Source: Kangiella sp.
GTDB taxonomy: Bacteria; Pseudomonadota; Gammaproteobacteria; Enterobacterales; Kangiellaceae
Assembly: GCF_014762745.1 (NCBI RefSeq)
Contig: NZ_JABURJ010000015.1
Span: 21,303 to 85,302, forward strand
DNA length: 64,000 bases
Direction: 5' to 3'
Position numbers and translations under genes: made by a program. Under the pieces are notes generated by a model. It saw nothing but the letters and a program-made list of their open reading frames with translations, did not search any database and was not told the DNA's origin. Position 1 is the stretch's first letter; each line of letters opens with the position of its first letter. Below are positions 31,899 through 43,461 of the stretch, in pieces.

Positions 31899-34550
31899 TT
31901 ACTCCTCATCACCTGCTTCGTCAGTCTCACTCTCAGTATGAGCCTCAGACTCGTCCGACTCAGGCGCTTCAGTCACTTCACTATCAAGCTCTTCACCGTC
32001 TAGGAGTTCGTCTTCATCATCTTCAATTTCAACGATACGCTGCAAGCCAACCAGAGTTTCACCGTCATCGAGTTTGATCAGACGTACACCCTGGGTGTTA
32101 CGACCCATCACACGGATGTCATCAACACCGGTTCGAATCAAGGTTCCGCCTTTACTGATCAGCATGACCTCATCACCATCAATAACAGGGACAGCACTGA
32201 CTACGGCGCCGTTACGCTCACTCATCTGAATAGAGATCACACCCTGGCCACCGCGACCTCGCAATGGATGATCTTCCATTGAGGTACGTTTACCATAACC
32301 ATTCTCGGTTGCAGTCAATACAGAACCGTTTTCTTCAGCAACGATCATCTGAATAACTTTGGCACCTTCAGGCAATTTCATGCCACGAACACCACGAGCG
32401 GTACGACCCATTGGGCGAACATTGGCTTCATCAAAGCGAATCACTTTGCCGGCATCACTGAACATCATGATATGGCTTGATCCATCCGTTTCAACAACAC
32501 TGATCAATTCGTCATCATCTGCAATAGTCAATGCGATGATACCGTTCGAACGCGGACGTGAGAACTGCTCTAGTGATGTCTTCTTAACCGTGCCATTGGC
32601 GGTTGCCATGAATACAAACTTATCTTCGGAGAATTCACGGATTGGTAGAATCGCATTAATGATTTCGCCTTCTTCCAGTGGCAATACATTAACGATTGGT
32701 TTACCACGCGAGCCTCGACCAGCGTTTGGTAATTCAAATACTTTGAGCCAATAAACTTTACCAGTTGAAGAGAAACAGAGGATGGTGTCATGGGTTGATG
32801 CCACCAGTAATTTTTCGATGAAATCTTCATCTTTCATCTTGGTTGCCGACTTACCGCGACCACCACGACGTTGCGCCTTATATTCTGACAGAGCCTGATA
32901 CTTCACATAACCTTCGTGTGATAGAGTCACTACCACATCTTCTTCAGTGATCAGATCAGCAATAGTTAAATCGAGTTTGCTTTCCAGAATTTCTGAGCGA
33001 CGTGCATCACCAAAGTTTTCTTTTACTTCTTCCAGCTCTTCACGGATCACTTCCAGCAATCGGTCAGTGCTCATCAGGATGCGCAATAATTCTTCGATAA
33101 GACCTAATAAGTCTTTATATTCACCAAGAATTTTGTCGTGCTCAAGACCTGTTAACTTGTGTAAACGCAAGTCAAGAATTGCTTGCGCCTGCGCTTCAGA
33201 AAGCTTGTAGAAACCATCATGGAAGCCAAACTCGGCTGCCAGCTCTTCTGGGCGACAGGCTTCGGTTCCTGCGCGCGCCAACATAGTGCTGACCTGGCCA
33301 GGTTCCCAGCTACGATTCATCAACTCTTCTTTGGCTTCTTTTGGCGTTGGTGACTGCTTAATCAGCTCAATCACTTCGTCAATATTGGCCAGCGCAATCG
33401 CCAGGCCTTCTAAAACGTGGGCTTTTTCGCGCGCTTTACGCAGTTCAAAAATAGTACGGCGAGTCACCACTTCACGGCGGTGAGTCACAAAGGCATCGAT
33501 CGCTTCTTTAAGATTAAACAGACGTGGCTGGTTATTATCCAGCGCCACCATATTGATACCGAAAACATTCTGCATTTGCGATTGGGCATACAGGTTATTC
33601 AGCACCACCTCTGGTACTTCACCTTTGCGCAACTCAATCACCATACGCATACCATCTTTATCGGACTCATCGCGCAGGCCGGTAATGCCTTCAATTTTTT
33701 TCTCTTTGACCAGCTCGGCAATTTTCTCAATCAATCGAGCCTTGTTAACCTGATAAGGAAGCTCGGTGACCACGATGGACTGCTTGCCTGATTTCTCATC
33801 AGTTTCCACGTGACTTCGCGCACGCAGATAAATTTTGCCGCGGCCAGTATTGTAGGCATCAATGATCCCCGCTCGGCCATTAATGATCGCAGCGGTTGGG
33901 AAGTCGGGGCCTTTGATGTATTCCATCAACTCAGAAATGGTGATATCAGGGTTGTCGATTAAGGCCAGACAGCCATCAATGACTTCGGTCAGGTTGTGTG
34001 GCGGAATATTGGTCGCCATACCAACCGCGATACCGGAAGAGCCATTGACTAATAAATTAGGGACACGGGTAGGCAGTACAGTGGGCTCTGACTCAGAACC
34101 GTCATAGTTGTCTTCGAAATCAACGGTTTCTTTTTCAAGATCTGCCAGCAGTTGATGGGCCAGCTTATCCATGCGAACTTCGGTATAACGCATCGCAGCC
34201 GCAGAGTCGCCGTCAATCGAACCAAAGTTACCCTGACCATCAACCAGCATGTAGCGTAAGGAGAACGGCTGAGCCATACGCACAATCGTGTCGTAGACCG
34301 CGGTATCACCATGGGGGTGATATTTACCGATAACGTCACCAACCACACGCGCGGATTTTTTATAAGGCTTGTTGTAGTCGTTTCCAAGCACGTTCATGGC
34401 GTATAAAACACGGCGGTGAACCGGTTTCAAACCATCGCGGACATCCGGTAAAGCACGTCCGACGATAACACTCATTGCATAATCAAGATAGGAAGTTTTC
34501 AGTTCGTCTTCAATATTGATCGGGAGGATCTCTTTGGCAAGTTCACCCAT
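31899..34550 (-). CDS. gyrA: DNA gyrase subunit A
   Basis: [26 protein letters not shown], GyrA-box QRRGGRG, acidic tail. Confidence 0.99.
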   Translation of the reverse strand: MGELAKEILPINIEDELKTSYLDYAMSVIVGRALPDVRDGLKPVHRRVLYAMNVLGNDYNKPYKKSARVVGDVIGKYHPHGDTAVYDTIVRMAQPFSLRYMLVDGQGNFGSIDGDSAAAMRYTEVRMDKLAHQLLADLEKETVDFEDNYDGSESEPTVLPTRVPNLLVNGSSGIAVGMATNIPPHNLTEVIDGCLALIDNPDITISELMEYIKGPDFPTAAIINGRAGIIDAYNTGRGKIYLRARSHVETDEKSGKQSIVVTELPYQVNKARLIEKIAELVKEKKIEGITGLRDESDKDGMRMVIELRKGEVPEVVLNNLYAQSQMQNVFGINMVALDNNQPRLFNLKEAIDAFVTHRREVVTRRTIFELRKAREKAHVLEGLAIALANIDEVIELIKQSPTPKEAKEELMNRSWEPGQVSTMLARAGTEACRPEELAAEFGFHDGFYKLSEAQAQAILDLRLHKLTGLEHDKILGEYKDLLGLIEELLRILMSTDRLLEVIREELEEVKENFGDARRSEILESKLDLTIADLITEEDVVVTLSHEGYVKYQALSEYKAQRRGGRGKSATKMKDEDFIEKLLVASTHDTILCFSSTGKVYWLKVFELPNAGRGSRGKPIVNVLPLEEGEIINAILPIREFSEDKFVFMATANGTVKKTSLEQFSRPRSNGIIALTIADDDELISVVETDGSSHIMMFSDAGKVIRFDEANVRPMGRTARGVRGMKLPEGAKVIQMIVAEENGSVLTATENGYGKRTSMEDHPLRGRGGQGVISIQMSERNGAVVSAVPVIDGDEVMLISKGGTLIRTGVDDIRVMGRNTQGVRLIKLDDGETLVGLQRIVEIEDDEDELLDGEELDSEVTEAPESDESEAHTESETDEAGDEE

Positions 34551-34810
34551 TGTAAAAACCCTTTAAAATCTGATAGTTATAATTAATTATCACAAACAGT
34601 ATGGTTTATGTTTTTAAGCGCAAAATTGTAACACAACGCCCTCTTTCAAGCTAATTTTATTCCATTAAATATCCAGCTATAAGCCCCGTCCTGACAGGAT
34701 TTTGACGCGCTTTTCACTCTGACTGAAACAAACTGACTAAAAGGTGAGCTTTTAGCTCTTGTTAGGTATAATCCTGAACCCTAAGTCATTGAATTATTGA
34801 AGAGCTGGCT

Positions 34811-36151
34811 GTGAGTCAAACTGTTGAACAAATAATAAGCGCCAAATGGGTCATCCCGGTGAGCAAGGACGGTAAAAAGTCGGATAAGGTCCTTAATGAC
34901 TATTCCGTGGTGATTGACAAGGGACGCATTCTGGAGCTGCTCCCAACCTCGGATGTGCTCGCTAAATACGATACCGACCAGCACTTTCAGCTGACCGATC
35001 ATGCGTTGATACCTGGCCTGGTCAATATTCATACCCATGCTGCCATGAGCCTGTTCAAAGGGCTGGCGGATGATCTGCCTTTAATGATCTGGCTGGAAAA
35101 CCATATCTGGCCAGCAGAGCGCGAATGGGTCAGTGACGAATTTTGTGAAGATGGCTTACAGCTGGCGATTGCCGAAATGATTCGCTGCGGTACTACCACA
35201 TTCAATGACATGTATTTTCAGCCAAACATGACCGCCAAGGTAGCCCATAAACTGGGAATGCGCGCCACCGTGGGCATGCTGATGTTTGACTTCCCGTCGG
35301 TCTGGGGTAATGGCCCCGAGGATTATCTCAAAAAGGGTTTGCAACTGCGCGATGATTATAAACATCATGAGATGATCCAGTTTGCTTTCGCGCCACACGC
35401 ACCCTACACGGTTTCCGATGAACCGCTGAAAAAAATTGCCACCTTAAGTAACGAATTGGGAATTCCGGTGCACATGCATGTCCACGAGACGGCTCATGAG
35501 GTTAAGGAAGCCCTGAAAGCCACTGGTAAGCGGCCTATCAAGCGCTTGCAGGAACTTGGTTTGATAACGCCAAACATGATAGCGGTGCACATGACCCAGC
35601 TACAACGCGGCGAAATGGAGCTATTAGCGCAAAATGGCGTTTCGGTTGCCCACTGCCCTCAATCGAACATGAAACTGGCCAGCGGCATCTGCCCAGTTCA
35701 AGAGCTGATGACCGCAGGGGTCAATATAGCGATAGGTACTGATGGCAACGCCAGCAACAATGACCTCAATATGCTGGCGGAGATGAAATCAGCCGCCCTT
35801 CTCGGGAAAGTCTTTACCGGCTCAGCCCAAGCCTGTTCGGCCCATGATATTTTACATGCTGCAACCTATGGCGGTGCCAAAGCATTGGGGCAGGAAGACA
35901 TTGTTGGCTCAATCGAAGTTGGCAAGGCTGCTGACTTGACCGCCATCAACCTCAACACCATCGAATCGCAACCTGTCTATGACCCAGTCTCACAAATCGT
36001 TTATACTGCTGGCCGTGAACAGGTCAGCCATGTCTGGATTAATGGCGCGATTAAACTTAATAACCAGCAGCTGGTCGGAATCGATACTGATGAAGTGATT
36101 AATCGAGCCAACCACTGGAAGAACGCAATTCAAGGTCAAGCCAAGTCATGA
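34811..36151 (+). CDS. mtaD: TRZ/ATZ amidohydrolase (MTA/SAH deaminase)
   Basis: [49 protein letters not shown]. Confidence 0.85.
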   Translation: MSQTVEQIISAKWVIPVSKDGKKSDKVLNDYSVVIDKGRILELLPTSDVLAKYDTDQHFQLTDHALIPGLVNIHTHAAMSLFKGLADDLPLMIWLENHIWPAEREWVSDEFCEDGLQLAIAEMIRCGTTTFNDMYFQPNMTAKVAHKLGMRATVGMLMFDFPSVWGNGPEDYLKKGLQLRDDYKHHEMIQFAFAPHAPYTVSDEPLKKIATLSNELGIPVHMHVHETAHEVKEALKATGKRPIKRLQELGLITPNMIAVHMTQLQRGEMELLAQNGVSVAHCPQSNMKLASGICPVQELMTAGVNIAIGTDGNASNNDLNMLAEMKSAALLGKVFTGSAQACSAHDILHAATYGGAKALGQEDIVGSIEVGKAADLTAINLNTIESQPVYDPVSQIVYTAGREQVSHVWINGAIKLNNQQLVGIDTDEVINRANHWKNAIQGQAKS

Positions 36152-36867
36152 GTAATACAACTGAAAAGCAAGCCAACGTCGATCAGCACGAAATCAACAA
36201 ATTCGAACAGATGGCTTCCCGTTGGTGGGATAAGGAAGGCGACTTTAAACCACTGCATGATATCAACCCATTGCGCTTACAGTTTATTCTGGATAACGCC
36301 AACGGCTTGCAAGGCAAAAAGGTTTTAGACATTGGCTGTGGTGGTGGCATTTTAACTGAAGCGATGGCCAAAGAAGGTGCGAAGGTTACTGGTATCGACA
36401 TGGGCGAGATGCCACTTGAAGTTGCTAAGCTACACATGCTTGAATCCCGACTTGAAATTGACTATCAGAAAATCACCGCAGAAGAGTTCGCCGAACAGCA
36501 TGCAGGCGAATATGACGTGGTGACCTGTCTGGAAATGCTGGAGCATGTTCCCGATCCATCGTCGATTATTAAAGCCTGTCGCAAGCTGGTAAAGGCCGAT
36601 GGCCATGTCTTTTTCTCCACCATCAATCGTAATCCAAAGAGCTTCCTGTTCGCCATAGTTGGTGCAGAGTATCTGCTACAAATGCTACCGAAAGGCACCC
36701 ATGACTTTAAAAAGTTTATTCGTCCATCAGAGCTTGAAGCCTGGAGTCGTCCAGCCGGATTACCATTCCAGAGCATCATTGGTATGCACTACAATCCGCT
36801 GACCAAAAAGTACTGGTTAAGTGATAATGTGGATGTGAACTATCTGGTTCACACCCAACCTGAATAA
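36148..36867 (+). CDS. ubiG: Ubiquinone biosynthesis O-methyltransferase
   Basis: [33 protein letters not shown]. Confidence 0.97.
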   Translation: MSNTTEKQANVDQHEINKFEQMASRWWDKEGDFKPLHDINPLRLQFILDNANGLQGKKVLDIGCGGGILTEAMAKEGAKVTGIDMGEMPLEVAKLHMLESRLEIDYQKITAEEFAEQHAGEYDVVTCLEMLEHVPDPSSIIKACRKLVKADGHVFFSTINRNPKSFLFAIVGAEYLLQMLPKGTHDFKKFIRPSELEAWSRPAGLPFQSIIGMHYNPLTKKYWLSDNVDVNYLVHTQPE

Positions 36868-36903
36868 ACTAACTTTGTTTCAAGTAATAAATCGAGAACA
36901 CTG

Positions 36904-37569
36904 ATGCTTAAAAATCTTCGCGCTGTTTTTTTCGATCTGGATGGCACCCTGCTAGACACTGCGCCCGATATGGCGCTGGCTCTGAATATTCAGCGCGAAG
37001 CTCATGGCAAAGAACCCTTACCCTTTTCAGAGATTCGTCCCTATGTTTCCCATGGCGCAGCAGCCATGTTGCGAATTGGCTTTGGACTGGAACCTGGCCA
37101 TAAAGACTTTGACGAATTTCGTAAGCAGTACCTCAATATTTACGCTGACAATATTGCCGTCCATACTGAGCTTTTTATTGGCTTGCAAGAACTACTCGAA
37201 AACCTGAACAAAAACAATATCGCCTGGGGAATCGCAACTAACAAACCTGAGTTTTTAACCCTTCCTTTGCTCGAAGCTTTGAATCTAAGTGACGCATGCA
37301 GTGCATTGGTTTGTGGTGATACCGTTAAGCCAACCAAACCACATCCCAATCCTCTTTTTTCAGCAGCGAAACAGGCAGGCGTCAAACCGGTTCAGTCAGT
37401 TTATGTGGGTGACGCCTGGCGCGACATTGCTGCGGGCCGCGCTGCAGGTATGAAAACGGTGGTCGCTGAATACGGTTATATTCAGCCGGAAGATAATATT
37501 TCTGAGTGGGAAGCGGATGTTATTGCAAAAGAATCAACTGACTTAAATCAGCTACTGCTTAATCGTTAA
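36904..37569 (+). CDS. gph: HAD phosphatase (phosphoglycolate phosphatase/MupP-like)
   Basis: FDLDGTLLDT, TNKP, KPHP, YVGD..RDI.AG..AG; follows ubiG. Confidence 0.85.
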   Translation: MLKNLRAVFFDLDGTLLDTAPDMALALNIQREAHGKEPLPFSEIRPYVSHGAAAMLRIGFGLEPGHKDFDEFRKQYLNIYADNIAVHTELFIGLQELLENLNKNNIAWGIATNKPEFLTLPLLEALNLSDACSALVCGDTVKPTKPHPNPLFSAAKQAGVKPVQSVYVGDAWRDIAAGRAAGMKTVVAEYGYIQPEDNISEWEADVIAKESTDLNQLLLNR

Positions 37570-40500
37570 CGCTGGGCTTGGCAACTTTAAAAATATCCAT
37601 ATCGATATAGCCTTTGCGCAATAACGGTTCAATGTCGCTGGCCGACTTTGGTTTACTGAAAAGATAGCCCTGCCCCAGATCACAATTATACTTTTGCAAT
37701 AAACGACACTGTTCAATGGTTTCAATGCCTTCAACCAGAGAAACCAGCTTAAAACTCTCAGCCAGACGAATAATATTTTTTATAACCAGCTGATTATCTT
37801 TAACCGCTTGCTCAGAAGCCTGCTTTAAGCCTTGAATAAAAGTCTGATCAATCTTAACCAGATCAACTGGAAGACTCGCCAGATAGCTGATTGACGAATA
37901 ACCCGTACCAAAGTCATCAAGACTAATTCCGATTCCCAGATCAGACAATTGACGAAGAGTTTGTACCGAGTGCTCCATATTGGCCATGGCCGCACTCTCA
38001 GTAATTTCTATATCCAGCAAGGTGCTATCAACCTGATATTTTTGCAGTGAACTTCGGATATCAGCTTCAAAGCCTTCGCGCTGAATATCTCGCGCCGACA
38101 AGTTAACCGCAATACGAGTATTTAAGCCCTTTTCAGACCAGTCTTTAATTTGCTTAACCGCATTATCGACCACCCAGCTAGTCAGCTTATAAATCAGGCT
38201 ATTGGCTTCAGCGATATTAACGATGGTTTGCGGTGAAACGTATCCATTTTGCGGATGATTCCAACGCAGTAAGGCCTCCACAGATTCAATAACGCCCGTT
38301 CTTAAACAGACCTTTGGCTGATAGAACAATTCGAGCGCCTCTTCATCAATGGCCTGCACCAGCTCGCGCTCAAGATTAATTCGATAACGAATACTTTCGC
38401 TATCCTGCGGCTGAAAGAAGGTATATTGAGTGCTCAGATTTTTGACTCGCCCTACTGCAACCTCAGCTCTACTCAATAAATCTTCTGCGTTATCAGCATC
38501 TTCCGGGTAGCGAGCAATACCGGCGCGCAGGGAAACCTTCAGATCCAGATCGCCAATACGGATAATATTGTCGAAAGAGTTTAAAATTCTTTCCACTAAC
38601 TGTGAAACCTCAAAAGGGTTCTGCTCGGTTAACACTACCGCAAACTCGTCATTACCCGAGCGTGCAATAAGGTCGAACTCATCCAGGTTCTCACGGATAG
38701 TACGCGCCACGTAATGCAACACCTGATCGCCAACCCAATGTCCCATGGCATTGTTGATGCTATTGAGCTGGACAATATCAAAATAGACTAAAGTAATTGA
38801 TGAAGGACCATTCTTGGATTTTTTAATTTGGCGCTCAATCTGTTGGCGCAGGAAATTACGATTTGGTAGCTCAGTTAAAGAATCATAATTTGAGATTTTA
38901 TAAATTGACTGTTCTGCACTTTTCTTATGGCTGATGTCTCTGAAATTACTGATGATACCATTGACCACTGGATCATCGAGCAGGTTAATTAAGGTATTTT
39001 CAACCCAGATCATATCGCCATCTTTTTTCAGCAACCTATAATCCGGAATTCGATATATTTGATTGGGATGCGCCATGACCCAGTGCCATGCCTTTCTAAC
39101 CAGCTCCACATCGCTGGGGAAGATAAAGTCGATACCGGTTTTGCTAGTAACATCCTCAGCCCTGTATCCTAATAGCTTTTCTACGCTTTTCGACAAGAAT
39201 TGGACTCTGCCCTTTTCGTCATAAAGAACAATGCCATCAAAAGCATTTTCCACCAGAGCTCGGTAATACTCTTCCTTGTTAATCAACTCACGCTCCATGG
39301 TTTTACGGTGAGTGATATCGCTAATAGTTCCGACCTCAATCAGCGGAGCACCCTGCTCGGTGCGCTTAACGATTTTGCAATGATTTTTTAACCAGACCCA
39401 GTCGCCCTTGGCATTCTTAAAACGCCCCTCAGACTTAATCACTTCATCGGAACGGCTATTCCTGATTTTGTCTCCACGGACTTCCAGAATAGGCAGATCG
39501 TTCGGATGAATGATATCCAACACCGAGCTCCATTTATCAAATCGGTTCTCATCATAACCAAGATAACGAGCAAAACGATCAGCGCCATCAATAATGGAAT
39601 CTTTCTCAAAATCGTAGACATAAATGACGTCAGGAGAAGTGTTGATAATATCCTGCATGAAGCGTTTTGAAGTATCCAGCTCTTTGATCACTTGCTGACG
39701 TTTGGAAACATCGCGGGCAACAGCAATAATGTTGTCATCACTTAACAGGCCAACCTTAACTTCCACAGGAAAGACGCTGCCATCTTTACGCTGATGCTTA
39801 CATTCGACCACAACCGGCTCACCCGGACGCAGACTTCTGTAAAAATCAATGCCACTATTTCGATTTTGGCCACTCTCGATATCAATATCTTTAACCCGCA
39901 TCTGCAACAGTTCTTCTCGCGAATAGCCAAGCGACAAAACTGCCTGCTGATTAACATCCAGGAATCGACCTGACTGATCATGAATAAAAATGCTGTCACT
40001 GGCCTGCTCCATCAGATTGCGGTAAAAGATTTCTTTATCGCGCAGTTTCTTTTCATCAAACTTGAGTTTTTCAATGGTCAGGTGCAGCTTCTCTTTTGAC
40101 TGGTGTTGCTTAATCAGATAGGCCGTCATGGAAGCAACTGTTTCGACATAACGCGCATCTTCTTCAGTGAAAAAAGCCTTATCTGGATGCTCCATATCAA
40201 TCACCCCAATCAGCTCGTCAGCTAATAAAATAGGGACACAAAGTTCGGAGTAATTCTTTTGCAGATCCTGAACGAAAATCTTACTTTGGTCGGTATCATC
40301 CACTCTTACTGTCTGCTTAATTTCAGCGGTATGACCAATGATTCCCGAGCCGAGTTTTACAGGCTTGAGTTTAAAAGACTCTTTTCCGCTATCACCCTGC
40401 TTGCGATAGGAGTAACAGATGAGATCCTGATGACTGGGTTCGTAAAGGAATAAGGCGCAATCAAAACTGTTTAGCTCGGAATAGATATGATCGACAATGC

Positions 40501-40597
40501 TGTCAAGCATGCCCTGTAAGTCATTGACTTTAGCAATGCTTACTGCAAGTTGTTGAATTGATTTTAGATGATTGGTTTTAATCGACTCAAATTCCAT
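37559..40597 (-). CDS. GAF-PAS-PAS-PAS-GGDEF(degenerate)-EAL c-di-GMP signalling protein
   Basis: GAF SELCVPI, three PAS domains, YDSLTELPNR, RSGNDEF in place of GGDEF, intact EAL, DDFGTGYSS and EGIE. Confidence 0.9.
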   Translation of the reverse strand: MEFESIKTNHLKSIQQLAVSIAKVNDLQGMLDSIVDHIYSELNSFDCALFLYEPSHQDLICYSYRKQGDSGKESFKLKPVKLGSGIIGHTAEIKQTVRVDDTDQSKIFVQDLQKNYSELCVPILLADELIGVIDMEHPDKAFFTEEDARYVETVASMTAYLIKQHQSKEKLHLTIEKLKFDEKKLRDKEIFYRNLMEQASDSIFIHDQSGRFLDVNQQAVLSLGYSREELLQMRVKDIDIESGQNRNSGIDFYRSLRPGEPVVVECKHQRKDGSVFPVEVKVGLLSDDNIIAVARDVSKRQQVIKELDTSKRFMQDIINTSPDVIYVYDFEKDSIIDGADRFARYLGYDENRFDKWSSVLDIIHPNDLPILEVRGDKIRNSRSDEVIKSEGRFKNAKGDWVWLKNHCKIVKRTEQGAPLIEVGTISDITHRKTMERELINKEEYYRALVENAFDGIVLYDEKGRVQFLSKSVEKLLGYRAEDVTSKTGIDFIFPSDVELVRKAWHWVMAHPNQIYRIPDYRLLKKDGDMIWVENTLINLLDDPVVNGIISNFRDISHKKSAEQSIYKISNYDSLTELPNRNFLRQQIERQIKKSKNGPSSITLVYFDIVQLNSINNAMGHWVGDQVLHYVARTIRENLDEFDLIARSGNDEFAVVLTEQNPFEVSQLVERILNSFDNIIRIGDLDLKVSLRAGIARYPEDADNAEDLLSRAEVAVGRVKNLSTQYTFFQPQDSESIRYRINLERELVQAIDEEALELFYQPKVCLRTGVIESVEALLRWNHPQNGYVSPQTIVNIAEANSLIYKLTSWVVDNAVKQIKDWSEKGLNTRIAVNLSARDIQREGFEADIRSSLQKYQVDSTLLDIEITESAAMANMEHSVQTLRQLSDLGIGISLDDFGTGYSSISYLASLPVDLVKIDQTFIQGLKQASEQAVKDNQLVIKNIIRLAESFKLVSLVEGIETIEQCRLLQKYNCDLGQGYLFSKPKSASDIEPLLRKGYIDMDIFKVAKPSVND

Positions 40598-40625
40598 ACC
40601 TTACCCTCATCACCATCATAATACC

Positions 40626-42638
40626 TTAAGGAGATGCGGTAAAATGTTTATTTCTCCAGACAATGTTGATAGAGACTCCGGAACCATTCTGCTCGTTTTC
40701 TGCGTTAACTTTGGCGCCATGAAAACTGGCAATCAAACGGGCAACGTATAAGCCCAGTCCCAAGTGTTGATTGCTGTGCTTACGACTTGAATGCATCAGA
40801 CTAAAAACATCGCGCAGGTGTTTCTTGTCAATCAGCGGCCCGGCATTACTCACACTGAGCACCAGCTGACGTTCTGTTCTATTGAGTCTGATCCGAATCG
40901 GCTGAGTCTTATTATCAAAGTCCACCGCGTTGGAAATCAGCTTATCCAGCATCTGCACAAACAGGTCCTTTGACCCCATAATGCGAGCTTCCTGCACGTC
41001 GCTAACCAACTCAAACTGATGTTCTGGCCAGTTGGTTCGGTAAGCCAGCACCAGGTCGTTCAATACCGGTAACATATCAAAAGGTTCTTTATCGGCGCTG
41101 CGGATCGCCTGTTCCAGCTTATTGGCTTCACTTAAGCGACTGATAGTCTGGCTCATGCGCTCAGCGCCTGACTGGGCATTATCAATCAGTTGTAGCTCAT
41201 CTTCTGGCAGGCTGTCACGGTTAATGTTATCCAGTGAGCTACGGATGATGGCAATCGGAGTTCTCAGTTCATGATTGAGGCGTGAAACCAGCTTTTCCTG
41301 ATAATCATGGTATTGCTTTAAACGATTGGTCAGCAAAGAAAAGCTATTGGTCAGATCAGACACTTCATCATCAAACTCTTCATCCATATCAATCACATAG
41401 CGGATCTGGCCTTCTTCACTGATAGAACCTTCGGTCAAGTCCCGCAACTCCATAATACGGCGACTGTAGCGACGACTTTGTTTGACCAGCCACCAGACAA
41501 ATAAGCCCCAGATCAGGCCCAGCAATAATAAAAAGCGTAGCCAGAAATCGCGTAGCTGTAGCTTCTCATTGATAGGAGACGACTCCAGGATCATGGCGCC
41601 CACCAGCTGGTTATTGCTATACAACGGCTTATAGACACGCGAGAAGGCAGACAGCTGCGTCGCATTGACCACCTCGGTCTGAGTGCGCCCGGTAAAAGCC
41701 AAATCAAGGTTAACGCTGGAAATACTTTTTTTGCCAAGCAGGCTATCGCTTAACTTTTCCTCAATGGCGGAAGACCAGATACGGTTTCGCCAGTTGGAAC
41801 GAATATCCGTATGCAGCTGACCAAATTGATAGAGAACCTCGCCCTGACTATTGGTGAGAGTCAGGCGATACAGCTCAGGCTCAAGCAAACTCAGCACTCC
41901 GCTTTGTAGCCGACTATGTAAACTTAAGGAGCCAAAGTTAGTAAATGAATAAATGCCCTGCAAGGCTACTCCACTTTGTGCTCGGTCAATATCCGTTATT
42001 TCAGCCGAAATGGTTTTGCCGACCAGGCTTTGGGGCACCCGAAACTCTAACTGATAGCCTTCGGTTCTTTCCTGCCAGACTGCGTATACAGGTGTCACCT
42101 CGCGATAGCCATTAGCAGTCTGCCTGAGCGCTGACACCTTGCCGGGAGCCATTGGCTTAAACTGCATCTGATAAGCGCCCAGCACCAGCGTAACCTTGTC
42201 TGACAAGCCCACCAGATCAAGTGTTTCGCGATACACAATCGAGTTGTCTTCCACTTCGAACAGACCATAGACAAAGTCTTTATCTTCGATCAAAGTCAAA
42301 CTGGCATTTTGTCCGAAGTTGCGAATGACAGTGCTGGCCGACTGATACGGATACCACTCATCAGCAAAACCGTCGATTAAAACAGCGGTTTCCTTGAGGG
42401 CAATTGGAAATTGTTTTTGTTGATTGGTATTGAGAAACTGCTGTTGCAGGCTTCGATCAGTTTGCAGCAACTGATTGATAAAACCTGACATAATCTGTGC
42501 CTGCTCTTTAGTCTGCGCCAGGCCATTTCTTTCAATGTCTTTTTCAAACTTTGCCAATAACAGCCAGCTGATCAGAGGAATCAATATAAATAAAAGACTC
42601 AGCAATAACAGTCGGCTGGTTAAAGACAATGAATTCAT
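40626..42638 (-). CDS. pdsS: Sensor histidine kinase, proteobacterial dedicated sortase system (PdsS-like)
   Basis: Two TM segments, large periplasmic domain, HAMP, NHELRTP, LDKLISNAVDF, NAGP, HLGLGLYVARLIA; coupled to pdsR. Confidence 0.7.
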   Translation of the reverse strand: MNSLSLTSRLLLLSLLFILIPLISWLLLAKFEKDIERNGLAQTKEQAQIMSGFINQLLQTDRSLQQQFLNTNQQKQFPIALKETAVLIDGFADEWYPYQSASTVIRNFGQNASLTLIEDKDFVYGLFEVEDNSIVYRETLDLVGLSDKVTLVLGAYQMQFKPMAPGKVSALRQTANGYREVTPVYAVWQERTEGYQLEFRVPQSLVGKTISAEITDIDRAQSGVALQGIYSFTNFGSLSLHSRLQSGVLSLLEPELYRLTLTNSQGEVLYQFGQLHTDIRSNWRNRIWSSAIEEKLSDSLLGKKSISSVNLDLAFTGRTQTEVVNATQLSAFSRVYKPLYSNNQLVGAMILESSPINEKLQLRDFWLRFLLLLGLIWGLFVWWLVKQSRRYSRRIMELRDLTEGSISEEGQIRYVIDMDEEFDDEVSDLTNSFSLLTNRLKQYHDYQEKLVSRLNHELRTPIAIIRSSLDNINRDSLPEDELQLIDNAQSGAERMSQTISRLSEANKLEQAIRSADKEPFDMLPVLNDLVLAYRTNWPEHQFELVSDVQEARIMGSKDLFVQMLDKLISNAVDFDNKTQPIRIRLNRTERQLVLSVSNAGPLIDKKHLRDVFSLMHSSRKHSNQHLGLGLYVARLIASFHGAKVNAENEQNGSGVSINIVWRNKHFTASP

Positions 42639-43330
42639 TAACGATAATTCCAGCGATACCCCATTCCATAAACGGTTTCAATCGCATCAAACTCCTTGTC
42701 AATGCGTTGGAATTTCTGGCGGATACGCTTAATATGCGAGGTGATGGTACTATCGTCTACAACCGCTTTAACTGCCTGCATCAGTTGATCTCGATTTTTA
42801 ACATGACCCGGCTTCTGTGCCAGCGCATTAACGATCCAGAATTCACTGACCGTTAAATCTACTGGTTGGCCCTTCCAGCTCAGCGCCAATCGCTCATTAT
42901 CAATTTCCAGATCACCAACCGTCTGTACGCTATTACCGGCCCCCGGAGTATTGATGGTGTCGAGACGCCGGAACAGGGCCGAAATTCGGGCCAGCAGATG
43001 TGGCATGCTAATATCTTTGGTCAAATAATCATCAGCACCGAGACGTAAGCCTGAAATAATATCGAAATCACTGTCCAGCGCTGTCAGGAAAATAATTGGT
43101 AACTGCGATGATTGTTGACGCAGGTTACGGCAAACTTCAAACCCCGCTTCTGGCTCGTCACCCAAACCAATATCCAGCAGCACCAGATCCGGCAGTCGCG
43201 TGCTAAATGCGGTCATGGCTTCTTTCTTGGTGCCATAAATCATCACGTCATAGCCAGCCTTCTTCAGGGCCATGCTGTAGTTTTGCTGTAATATAGGTTC
43301 GTCTTCAACTAAAGCGATTCGTTTTGCCAT
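42638..43330 (-). CDS. pdsR: OmpR-family response regulator, PdsR-like
   Basis: KRIALVEDE, LPIIFLTALDSDFDIISGLRLGADDYLTKDISMPHLLARI, DSTITSHIKRIR.KF characteristic of PdsR. Confidence 0.8.
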   Translation of the reverse strand: MAKRIALVEDEPILQQNYSMALKKAGYDVMIYGTKKEAMTAFSTRLPDLVLLDIGLGDEPEAGFEVCRNLRQQSSQLPIIFLTALDSDFDIISGLRLGADDYLTKDISMPHLLARISALFRRLDTINTPGAGNSVQTVGDLEIDNERLALSWKGQPVDLTVSEFWIVNALAQKPGHVKNRDQLMQAVKAVVDDSTITSHIKRIRQKFQRIDKEFDAIETVYGMGYRWNYR

Positions 43331-43335
43331 TTCTT

Positions 43336-43361
43336 TTTTGCCACTTTGTTTTGCCGCTTTG
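43336..43361. promoter_or_regulatory. 13-bp tandem direct repeat upstream of pdsR
   Basis: TTTTGCCACTTTG (43336) followed directly by TTTTGCCGCTTTG (43349). Confidence 0.45.
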
Positions 43362-43461
43362 TTCTACAATAAGGCGCCGAGCCTTATGCGGACTATTCGT
43401 TAATCATTAAGTAAGGTAGAATACCTGAATTCCTGAAACCAATCTATTGTAAGAAGTTTTC

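Noticed and set aside
31899-32030. Acidic C-terminal tail of GyrA
   Set aside because: This is a normal feature of gammaproteobacterial GyrA.
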